Shown in pieces: positions 34,162 through 43,079 of a DNA stretch of 64,000 nucleotides; the stretch's first letter is position 1, and every line of letters begins with the position of its first letter. The notes beneath the pieces were generated by a model. It ran no database searches. It saw nothing but the letters and a program-made list of their open reading frames with translations, and had not been told where the DNA came from. The stretch is from Penicillus capitatus. Lineage: Eukaryota > Plantae > Chlorophyta. The position numbers were made by a program, and so were the translations under genes. Location: NCBI GenBank assembly GCA_965649825.1, contig OZ287708.1, positions 13,001-77,000 on the forward strand, written 5' to 3'.

Positions 34162-34547
34162 TGTCGCCAAGATCTGGCTTGGCGATGTGACTGCCCAGAG
34201 GGTCACATCGCTTAAAACGGAGAAAAACCCTGGGTCTGTGAACCTTTGTAAGCCTTTTGCGTTCTGCGTTACGTGCGTGTGTAAGCGAAATCCATCCTGG
34301 ATAACGACGAAGCGCAACCGCCTTCGCGTGCAGTTGTTCCTTACCCTCCTTTGTACCAAAACACGCCATATCTGTCGGCGCTAGCGTTCTTCAGACAAGC
34401 GGAACGTGGGAGCTCTGACGTGACCGAGTCCATAGCGCAGGACGGTACCCAAGTCGACGATCGACTGGTCCATCCTGTGGAGGCAGGACCAACCGACGCA
34501 GAAGCCGACGAAGAAGCACCACGAAGGGAATTATCCCAAGAGCGACA
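34162..34547 (+). repeat. 5' LTR of element 2
   Basis: TGTCGCC...GAGCGACA; no difference seen versus 39414-39799. Confidence 0.98.
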
Positions 34548-34549
34548 AG

Positions 34550-34564
34550 TGGTTTCGGAGCGAG
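34550..34564 (+). promoter_or_regulatory. Primer-binding site of element 2
   Basis: TGGTTTCGGAGCGAG, 2 nt after the LTR; identical to the element 1 PBS. Confidence 0.88.
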
Positions 34565-34593
34565 GCTACGGCGAAGTAGAAGGGGTAGACAAG

Positions 34594-36411
34594 ATGCAGC
34601 AAAAAGCCTGGCTGTGTCTCTTTGCGTTGTTTTACCTTCTTGTCTCTGCGGCAATAATCGCGGGACACGCGGAGAATTCAACAGAGAAGGAAAGGTCGGA
34701 GAAGGAGCTCCAAGATGAGTTTAAGGAATCAGGGGCAACATTGGCTGACTTGTTACAAAGGATCAAAGCCTTAGAAAAGGAAGCGGCCGAGTTCAGGGCA
34801 GAAGCTCGGAGGGAGAGGGCCGCACGGATACAGCTGAATGAGGAGGTGCAAATACTTAGGAAGGAAAATGAGCGCCTTCGAGATCGGATGGAAGCGGAGA
34901 TTATTAACGAGGTGCTTGAGGAGGGGCAAAAATTACGTTTGGAGGCCACGAGGACATGGTGGGAGTGGCTGACGGGGACGGCTCCCCCGGGCGTGGAGGT
35001 GGAGAGAACGACCACGATCGAGGGTTGCCAAGATTTGAAGTGTTGCTTTGGAATGTGGTGGACGACCGTGGGAGAACTATTCCATCAAACAACGGATCTT
35101 ATTTATCGATTCGTGTGGGATCCATATGGCACTGGAGGCCACTGGGCATCGGGTCTGTTTAGCGCCGGCTTCTGGGGACCGGTGCTCGGAATAACGATCC
35201 TAGTGGTGGTGGTGAATCTCCTACTGCTGGCTGTCTTCCGAGCGGCTGATATATGGAAGGGAATGAAGGGGCTGGCCAGTAGGTTGGGAGGGCTGCCCAT
35301 GTTTAAGCTCGTGGGTATGGCCTTCTCGAAGCTGCGAAGGGGAGAGGGGCCAGAGGGGACCTCCCCTGAACTCCAGGAGATGCGAAGGACCGTAGAAAAG
35401 CTTCAGAAGACCGTGGAGACGAGTCAGCGGAAGGGAAAGGAGCAACGGGAGATGAGGGAGCTCCGTGGGCAGGTGGAGAACCTCATGGCCAAGTGCGAGC
35501 AACAGGCGCCTCCAGGAGAGGATGTGCAGACGAAGACCGTGAGAGAGATGCAGGCATTTTTCCAGCAGCAACTCGATCAGCTACGAAGGGAGTTCATACA
35601 TACGGGGAAGCAACCAGGACCTGCACCGATCCCGGTGGATATGTCTCCCCGTCGGAGGCAGAATCCTGGTTCAATGCCACCAGGGGGGAGGCAACGCTAC
35701 TGTGAGCGCTGCAAGAAATGGCATCCGGGACTTGAGTGCTGGGATTGCACCAAGTGCAGAACGTGTGGTGCAACAGGAATGTGCGAACACCGGGCAAAGA
35801 TCGTGGAGAACAACCGAAGACGATCCCCTACTCCCAGGCCGGAGAGGACGAGAGCTGTGGCGGTATGTGAGCGGGAGGAGTCTGAAGCGATGTGGGATTG
35901 GGACGCGAGGTTAGTGGAGGAGGCATCGCAAACGGGATCTTCAATCTCCTTCTCGACGAAAGGGGAGGGAAGTGGAGAACCGGGCACACAAGAGTCGGTC
36001 GTTGCGGTGGTGGACAAAGAGGCTAAGGGATACCGTCTGCGAGGACACTTGGCTGTGGGAGGAGGGGTAGCTCCTTGCACGTTCCTTATCGACACTGGCT
36101 CGGAAGTGAATTTGCTGAGTGAGAAGACGTGCACGCGCCTAGGAGTGGGTATTCAGTCGGCAGGACCTGACAAGCCAAACTTGGCAGGGGTGTCCGGAGA
36201 GCGGTTAGAGGTGACGGGGCAGGCGATCTTAGAGACTCGGTTTGGTCAAGAGGAGGGGAAGGCGATTCGTTATTGGGTCGCGAAGAACGTAAGAGACATA
36301 ATTGGGATTCCTGGAATAGGGCAGCTGGGGATTTCATTGACGAACCCGGGTCACATGGCAGTGTTTCCCTCGGGGCAGAAACTTTTTTGTCAGGTGGTGC
36401 AAAAAAACTAA
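34594..36411 (+). CDS. ORF1 of element 2 (605 aa): signal peptide, coiled coil, W-rich segment, TM helix, coiled coil, Cys/His Zn-binding cluster, aspartic protease; no capsid recognised
   Basis: MQQKAWLCLFALFYLLVSAAIIAG leader; GPVLGITILVVVVNLLLLAVF; CERCKKWHPGLECWDCTKCRTC; FLIDTGS; ends A-AAA-AAC-TAA. Confidence 0.88.
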   Translation: MQQKAWLCLFALFYLLVSAAIIAGHAENSTEKERSEKELQDEFKESGATLADLLQRIKALEKEAAEFRAEARRERAARIQLNEEVQILRKENERLRDRMEAEIINEVLEEGQKLRLEATRTWWEWLTGTAPPGVEVERTTTIEGCQDLKCCFGMWWTTVGELFHQTTDLIYRFVWDPYGTGGHWASGLFSAGFWGPVLGITILVVVVNLLLLAVFRAADIWKGMKGLASRLGGLPMFKLVGMAFSKLRRGEGPEGTSPELQEMRRTVEKLQKTVETSQRKGKEQREMRELRGQVENLMAKCEQQAPPGEDVQTKTVREMQAFFQQQLDQLRREFIHTGKQPGPAPIPVDMSPRRRQNPGSMPPGGRQRYCERCKKWHPGLECWDCTKCRTCGATGMCEHRAKIVENNRRRSPTPRPERTRAVAVCEREESEAMWDWDARLVEEASQTGSSISFSTKGEGSGEPGTQESVVAVVDKEAKGYRLRGHLAVGGGVAPCTFLIDTGSEVNLLSEKTCTRLGVGIQSAGPDKPNLAGVSGERLEVTGQAILETRFGQEEGKAIRYWVAKNVRDIIGIPGIGQLGISLTNPGHMAVFPSGQKLFCQVVQKN

Positions 36412-36437
36412 AGGGCTCTCCCGCGCAGACGGGAGAG
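36402..36437 (+). promoter_or_regulatory. -1 programmed frameshift signal
   Basis: Slippery AAAAAAC (36402-36408), 7-nt spacer, 8-bp stem CTCTCCCG/CGGGAGAG. The -1 frame is the pol ORF. Confidence 0.85.
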
Positions 36438-39383
36438 GGGGGTGGTACTTTGAAAAGGGATAAAAGAAAACAAAAAGAGGGGGAAATCAGCACGCTCTGT
36501 TGTAAGAGCGTTTCATTAAAGCAACTGTGGGTATATGAGCCGAAGTGGCGCATTTTATGCAGGGGGAACGTGCTGCAACTGCCATTGGGCAAGACCACAT
36601 ACATCCCACCCAGGGAATCAATGCGGGTTTGTTTGCCCTGGGAGGTCAGGGGCGCAGATTTGACCGGTTTTTTCTCTCTACTGCATCGTAAGGAGGTATC
36701 GGTATCAAGCCAGTTTAGCGCAAAGTCGGGACGGATCCATGTGTTGTTGCTTAATTTCGGATCGGAGGTGGCTGTCATAGCTGCCAAAACGTTTGTCCTG
36801 GGTGTGGGGTCGCAAGGGTCGTTCTTTCATGTGTGCACGGCCGATGGGCGAGAACATCAGTTGTCTAATGGTATGGGGGTTGAGTGTGGGGCGAAGGGAT
36901 GGGCGGTTGCGAGCGTTAGCTCGGAGCCAAAATTTTTTGCCCAGTTCCCTCAGTTGTTTTGTGAAGATACGTGTCGGATTCCGGAGCACATGCAAAGGTT
37001 TCGGGTCCGGAAGGACGACATTTCTTGGGTGGGGGACATGATCTATCGGGGGAAGTGTGCGGTCAATGTGGAAAATCTGGTCCCGGCGCGGGCCATAGAT
37101 GAGACGGTTGAATCGATGCTGCGTGATGGCTATGTGGAGGAGGTGGGGGACAGTTCGTCGCTCATGTTGCATCCGTTGATCTTCCTCCCGAAGCCAGACG
37201 GGCGTACGCGCTTAGTCATCGATTTACGACGTATCAATGGTCATACACGACACACGAGGGGGGGACTACCAGCGATACATACTGTGTTTCGCCAAGTGCC
37301 GACCACATGGCGTTTTTTTTGTAAAATTGATATTAAGAATGGTTACCATAGGGTACCAGTGGAACGTTCATTGGGGGATTTATTTGCATTTGGTATACGC
37401 CGCCGTTTCTTTCGATACAAGGTATTGCCTCAGGGATGGGCGGCTAGTCCGCATATTTTCCATGCTGTCATGATGGAAATATGCTCTGGCCATGAGGCAA
37501 TACATTATATTGATGACATAATACTGGGGGCGTCGACCCTAAATGAATTGACTGCGCGGGTTTCTGCTCTGTTAGCCACCCTACAGAAATACGGATTGCA
37601 GATACAGCAGAAGAAGTTTCTTTTTGGAAAGGAATCTGTAGAGTTCTTGGGTTTTGAGCTCCGGAGTGGGGGGCGTGTGAGTGCTGAAAGCTATTTACAG
37701 AAGCGAAGGGAGGCACTGGAAGGTCGAATAGAAACAAAAAGAGACCTGCAGAGTCTGCTGGGGACATTGAACGTCGCTCGGCACTTCGTACCAGGGCTCA
37801 GCCAAAAGACGGCTGGGTTGCAGAAGTTGTTGCTGGCTATGGCGAGCAGTAGCTTGGGGACGGAAGAAAAGGAGCAGGCTCACGAGTTGGCGAAGAAGGC
37901 CTGGGGGGAGGTGTTGGAATCCTGTGTAACAGTGCAGATGGCGATGCCAGAGAAGGCCAGATTTGAGTTGTACACGGATTGGTCAACGGAGGCGATGGGA
38001 TACGTCCTTTTTGCTGAAGGGGAGGACGGGCGTCATATCACAGACATCAACTCCACAAGGGCAGTCGAGCGGACAGCCGTGAGCAGCTTCCTGGGGGAGC
38101 TGCGGGGAATTGTGTGGGCACTGAAGAAGACGCGACATATCGTCTGGACCTCGGCAATCAAGGTCTGCTGTGACAATCAAGGCACAGTAGCTCGCTTGCA
38201 GAAGGGGGATGTCATGGGGGATGATGTTCGATGTTCTCGACTCATGGGATGGCTGTGGGGAAACTTCCCCCAAGTACAGTTTGAGTATGTACCTGGCGCA
38301 ATCAACCAAGTGGCAGATTACCTGAGTCGGAGAAAAGGCCAGCAGAAGGAGGGGAAGGTGGTAGGAGCAGTTATGCTTCAGCAGCGGCCTCTCGTTGACG
38401 TGGTAAGGAGCCGTCTGGAAAAGGCACATCAGGGTCACTGGCACGCAGAAAGGACGTGGCAACATCTGAAACGGGATGGCCCGGTTTGGCCGGGAGCAAG
38501 GAAGGAGGTGTTCCAGTATGTGGAGCAGTGCCCCAATTGCCAACATTTTCGTGGCTTAGAGCACCGGGAACCATGGACGGGGATGGAGATAACTCACCCA
38601 AACGATGTTGTTTTCGGAGATTTTCTGGGGCCTATTACTTTGAGTCGGGGGCGAGGAAAACGAGTCCTTCTGGTGTTGGTCGACGGTTTCAGTCGCATCA
38701 CGCACTTACACGTGGCTAAGACTCCCACGGAAAGAACGGTCCTGCGAGGATTGAAGCGATGGGAACAAGCTTTATCATGGAAACATGGACATATTCGTAT
38801 GTTCATGGCAGATAGAGGAGCGGCATTCATCGGCGGAGGGGTTCGAGCATTCTGTGAGGAGCATGGGATCAAGCAACGGTGGTCGCCAAGTCATGCACCT
38901 TGGTGCAATGGTGCAGCAGAGCGACAGGTGGGAAACGTGAAGACAAGATTGGCCAAGATACTCTGGAAGTCTGCCGAGGACATCTCTATCCATACGTTGG
39001 AGGAGATTTTGAACCAAGGGATTTGCGAGACCACGGGTTTCACACCCATGGAATTGTGCTGGGGAAGACGACGTGACGGCAGCTTGATGACGGACATGGA
39101 GTGGGAGCAGGCCATGCACCTCGCTCAACAGAAAAGAGCGGCTGGGCGACAGAGGGACAGGGAAGCATACCTTCGAAAATTTTCGAGCAAGCCGCCGCTA
39201 CAGACAGGACAATGGGTTCTGGCGTATGAACCTCATAGAAAGCGCCATGCACTCCATTCGCCGTGGACAGGTCCTCACCTAACTGCGGAGCCGCGGGGGT
39301 CGAGATTATGGATGGTGTGGAAAAATGGAAGTTCTCGAAGAGTGGGACCATTTCATGCAGAACATTTGCGGTTATATTGCTAG
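36408..39383 (+). CDS. pol: Pol of element 2 (dUTPase-like, RT, RNase H, integrase)
   Basis: KIDIKNGY, LPQG, YIDD; LYTDW...ELRGIVWAL...CDN...ADYLSR; HQGH...CPNC; GDF, ADRG, AAER; no stops. Confidence 0.95.
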   Translation, partial: LKGSPAQTGEGGGTLKRDKRKQKEGEISTLCCKSVSLKQLWVYEPKWRILCRGNVLQLPLGKTTYIPPRESMRVCLPWEVRGADLTGFFSLLHRKEVSVSSQFSAKSGRIHVLLLNFGSEVAVIAAKTFVLGVGSQGSFFHVCTADGREHQLSNGMGVECGAKGWAVASVSSEPKFFAQFPQLFCEDTCRIPEHMQRFRVRKDDISWVGDMIYRGKCAVNVENLVPARAIDETVESMLRDGYVEEVGDSSSLMLHPLIFLPKPDGRTRLVIDLRRINGHTRHTRGGLPAIHTVFRQVPTTWRFFCKIDIKNGYHRVPVERSLGDLFAFGIRRRFFRYKVLPQGWAASPHIFHAVMMEICSGHEAIHYIDDIILGASTLNELTARVSALLATLQKYGLQIQQKKFLFGKESVEFLGFELRSGGRVSAESYLQKRREALEGRIETKRDLQSLLGTLNVARHFVPGLSQKTAGLQKLLLAMASSSLGTEEKEQAHELAKKAWGEVLESCVTVQMAMPEKARFELYTDWSTEAMGYVLFAEGEDGRHITDINSTRAVERTAVSSFLGELRGIVWALKKTRHIVWTSAIKVCCDNQGTVARLQKGDVMGDDVRCSRLMGWLWGNFPQVQFEYVPGAINQVADYLSRRKGQQKEGKVVGAVMLQQRPLVDVVRSRLEKAHQGHWHAERTWQHLKRDGPVWPGARKEVFQYVEQCPNCQHFRGLEHREPWTGMEITHPNDVVFGDFLGPITLSRGRGKRVLLVLVDGFSRITHLHVAKTPTERTVLRGLKRWEQALSWKHGHIRMFMADRGAAFIGGGVRAFCEEHGIKQRWSPSHAPWCNGAAERQVGNVKTRLAKILWKSAEDISIHTLEEILNQGICETTGFTPMELCWGRRRDGSLMTDMEWEQAMHLAQQKRAAGRQRDREAYLRKFSSKPPLQTGQWVLAYEPHRKRHALHSPWTGPHLTAEPRGSRLWMVWKNGSSRRVGPFHAEHLRLYC

Positions 39384-39413
39384 GGTGATCGTCAGAGTTG
39401 GCGGGAAGCGTGG

Positions 39414-39799
39414 TGTCGCCAAGATCTGGCTTGGCGATGTGACTGCCCAGAGGGTCACATCGCTTAAAACGGAGAAAAACCCTGGGTCTGTGAACCTTTG
39501 TAAGCCTTTTGCGTTCTGCGTTACGTGCGTGTGTAAGCGAAATCCATCCTGGATAACGACGAAGCGCAACCGCCTTCGCGTGCAGTTGTTCCTTACCCTC
39601 CTTTGTACCAAAACACGCCATATCTGTCGGCGCTAGCGTTCTTCAGACAAGCGGAACGTGGGAGCTCTGACGTGACCGAGTCCATAGCGCAGGACGGTAC
39701 CCAAGTCGACGATCGACTGGTCCATCCTGTGGAGGCAGGACCAACCGACGCAGAAGCCGACGAAGAAGCACCACGAAGGGAATTATCCCAAGAGCGACA
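39414..39799 (+). repeat. 3' LTR of element 2
   Basis: Identical to the 5' LTR; preceded by purine-rich AGAGTTGGCGGGAAGCGTGG. Confidence 0.98.
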
Positions 39800-41519
39800 G
39801 GCGTGTCCGACCGGCAAGACGGGAACGATCTTTCGGCACGTCCTCCCGCTATCGTCCTCGGACACGACCACCTGCGTCGTCACCGGATCCAGGAGTACGT
39901 TGCGTCGATACTCGTTGAACTCGACGCCGCCGAAGAAGGTCTCCTCCATCTCCAGGGCGGCCAGAGCGTCGAGCACGCGTTGATATCCGTTGCCGCCCCC
40001 ATCTCCGTCGCACTGGATCGCGCTCTCGTCGTAAAGCAGCGCGTCGACGTCTCCCAGAGTCGCCGAGATATCGCAGTCGACGAAGGCCTCTCGAATGGCC
40101 TGCGTCAGCGTCAGCCCGACAGCAGAGGCTCCGGCCGCCACGTACGTCGGCGTCTGGCCGTCGAACCTCTCCCGGTATCTCTGCGCATAACCCTGCGCCG
40201 AACCGAAGAAGGCGTCCTGGTAGTTCAGTCCGTGGTGCCACTGCGCGGCGCTGAGCAGGTCGTCTGCCACATAGGGCGGCTCGAAGGCGTCCACCCATTC
40301 CTGCTTCGTCGGGCCCACCGTCAGGAAGAAGCCCTTCAGGGGATACCGGATCCGGTGAAAGGCTTCGACCAGAGCCTTGCCGTCGTCCGGAAAGACGCAC
40401 GCCACGACGACTTCGATCTCGTTGTCCCGGACATCTTTGGCGATCTCCAGAGCTGCGTCATCCGTCAGGGTCTGGTTGAAGGCGTACATCACGCGGATGC
40501 CGCTCTCCATCATCCACACGCCGTTCGAGTCACGGTAGAAACCGCTGGCCGCTTCGCACGTCGTGCGCGTGAACGGATCGTCCTGCTGGGAAACGAACAC
40601 CATGGTGCGGACGTCGGCCACTTGCATGGTCCGAATGACCAGCTTCGTGTACTGCAAGTTGGAGACCTGGATGCCGTAGACGGTGCGGTGATTCTGCCGG
40701 TAGAGGTAGTCGGGCCCAACACAGCAGTGGTAGTTCAGGACATCAGCTTCACTGGCCAGACGCATCTGCGTTTCGGCAAAGGCTGGATGGGACCCTCCGA
40801 GGAAGTGCACTCTCTCCTTTCCGATGAGCTTCTGCACTTGTCGCCGATGCAGCTCCGCATCGCTGCGGTCCTCGCGGGCGAGAAAACGGAACTGGAAATG
40901 GAATCCCCCTGTGGCGTTCTTTCCTTTGAGCCAGAATCCGCGGTTGTCGTTTTCCGCGTTGACGGTCTCGAAGTACAGCTGGTAGCCATTCCTCGCCTCG
41001 ACGAAGTCCCTCTTTGCGCCAATCGTGCTGAAGACGCCGCCGAAACGGAAGGCCGAATCGGCTGCGACGCCAATCGCGAACAGGAGACAGAGAAAAAGCT
41101 TCATGCAATAGCGCAGGGACAGGAAACGCATTGAAGGTGTGGTTGTCTGTCTGTTAGTAAATCTGCCTCGTAATGATTGCGTACTCCAGTCGTACACGTG
41201 CAGACCTTCGGCCATCTTTCGTAGACTCGGCTAACAATCCACCTCGGATGACAGTGTCCAATCGTTTTCAGTACAGCGCAAGTCAACGACGGTCTCGTAG
41301 ACAGCAGATGACTGAGCTTTAGACAGTGAAGCACGGCTTCTGATCGAAGGTCGGTTTGCGAAGACGGGACCCGAGCTTAGGAGTGAGATGGACAGCTGAT
41401 GATTGAGGGCGTCGACAGTGCTTTGCGTCCCACCGTCCGGAGTGCGCCAGGGCGGCAGATTGTCGTTGGAACGGGCCGGTGTGCCGCTGCATCCTTATCG
41501 AAATCGTCCATGCCGTTGC

Positions 41520-42080
41520 ATTTCTAGTGTCTGGTGAGTTCTGAGACAATGAGGGCTGCGACGGAGAGCGTCCGTCTTCTGTAAGAGACCACTTGTCAAA
41601 ATTCCTTGCAGCGAGAGACGAACAGTTACCGCCGACTGCTCTGAGTGCGTATGGCGTTCTGGGACGATGCCGTCAACGCTTCCGAGATCTCGGGCATCGC
41701 AAGGACCGCCGGCACTCGAGTGCACGCCTCTCGGACAGAGGCATAGCGCCTTAGCGTTATCAACAGGCAATAGTGCTTCGCATAGAGAGGGCTGAGCAGT
41801 TGTCCAACCACGGACATGCTACGCGAGGTGCCAGCTGAGTTCCTGAACTTAAGCACATATCGGATGCTCGGATTAGCCGTTGTCCTTGTCTGCCGGCGGA
41901 AGACGATGCGCCGAAGAGATCTGTGGATGCCGGACGGCTTCGCCGAACTGATGGCGACGAGATTGACGACGCATTGCTTCCTGCAACCCCTTCAGCACAG
42001 TCGGGAAGGGGTCGATGTTATAGTTTTCCGTCGTCGCTTCGTAACTCGCTCGCGATAAATAGCGTCAAGACATTGGAATT
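41520..42080 (+). pseudogene. 'Gene X' fragment with part A joined directly to part B
   Basis: 41520-41680 matches ~7930-8100 and 41680-42080 matches ~325-715. Confidence 0.4.
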
Positions 42081-43079
42081 CAATTGCTTACAATGCTTGT
42101 ACAGTGTCACTCTTTTTAAAAAAGGTGTGATTTCGAGTAAAAAAGTGTTACAATTCTGGTTAAAGGACGCCAGCTTATACCTCGTCACTCGTTTGAAAAG
42201 TGTGACATACAGAAAAGAGTGTCACAATGGTAGTTCACGCAAAATAAAATGTCCACCCCGCCACAAAGTCTGCAGAGAAAGAGTGAGAAGGTGTGAATGT
42301 GCGATGAGAGAACTTACGGTCGGCGAGCGGCGCCTCACAGTGCGGCGCGGGCGGTCTCCCTGAACGAACACTGACACCGATTCCAGTCAGAGTGCGCGAG
42401 GAGAACGAAATGCAACTGAGGATCGACTACTAGGAAGCAGGTGTGCCTCTCTCGGTGCAGCGACGCGCAGCGCGGACATGCAGGAAAGGGGTCATGACAT
42501 GGAAGAGGAAAAAAAGACCCGAGTAAACACAGGCACAGCAGGAAAACAGCAAAGAAAGCAAACTGACACATGCAAGTAGTAAACAGGCAGGAAAAGGTAA
42601 AAAGCAACAGTAAACACAAAAGGAAAATAAGGTAACAGGCAAGCAGGAAAGGAAAAAGACACAGGAAAGGAAAGGAAAGAACAACAAAACAAGCAGGGAG
42701 AATCACAAGAGAGACACCCAGGAGGGAGCAGAGAGGAAAAAGAACAGAAAAGACGGTCCTGGGTGTTTGAGAGAAGCACACCACCGCCGTTCATCGGCAG
42801 TGTACATCCGCCTGCCCCGTGTGCGCGACCCCAAAAGGCGGGCAGGTCGCCAAGGCCCTACCCGCTGGTGCCGCGAAGGGTGCGCGGCACCGCTGCCTCG
42901 GGGTGGGGAAGTGGATGCGGTTCGCTGGGTGATGCTGATGTGCTCTCCGATGTTCTGGAGCTCCAGATGTCGAGTCTGACTTGCTCCATGTTCAAGTTCT
43001 TAGTTACTTGCCACAAAGCTTAGATTCTCTGAGTGTTCGGTCAGTTTTTCATCATGAGTCTGTCATCCAACCACATGTC

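Larger units (their letters stand above)
34162..39799 (+). mobile_element. Full-length, apparently intact Ty3/gypsy-type LTR retroelement 2
   Basis: Identical 386-bp LTRs, 5-bp target duplication GGCGT (34157-34161 / 39800-39804), PBS, both ORFs open. Confidence 0.98.
31443..41104 (-). pseudogene. Class-C-GPCR-like receptor (periplasmic-binding/Venus flytrap domain, Cys-rich GCC2/GCC3-type repeats, multi-TM domain) interrupted by LTR element 2
   Basis: ATG 41104 with signal peptide MKLFLCLLFAIGVAA. The frame rejoins across the insertion as VLPVGHA|TELLNYP. A 47-bp intron lies at 33686-33640. About 7 hydrophobic helices, stop at 31443. Confidence 0.85.

Noticed and set aside
39250-39413. Chromodomain or separate env ORF after integrase (both elements)
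   Set aside because: Integrase stops within ~10-30 bp of the PPT/LTR, leaving no room, and no chromodomain motif is present.
39803-41134. 443-aa plus-strand ORF
   Set aside because: Antisense shadow of the receptor's periplasmic-binding domain.
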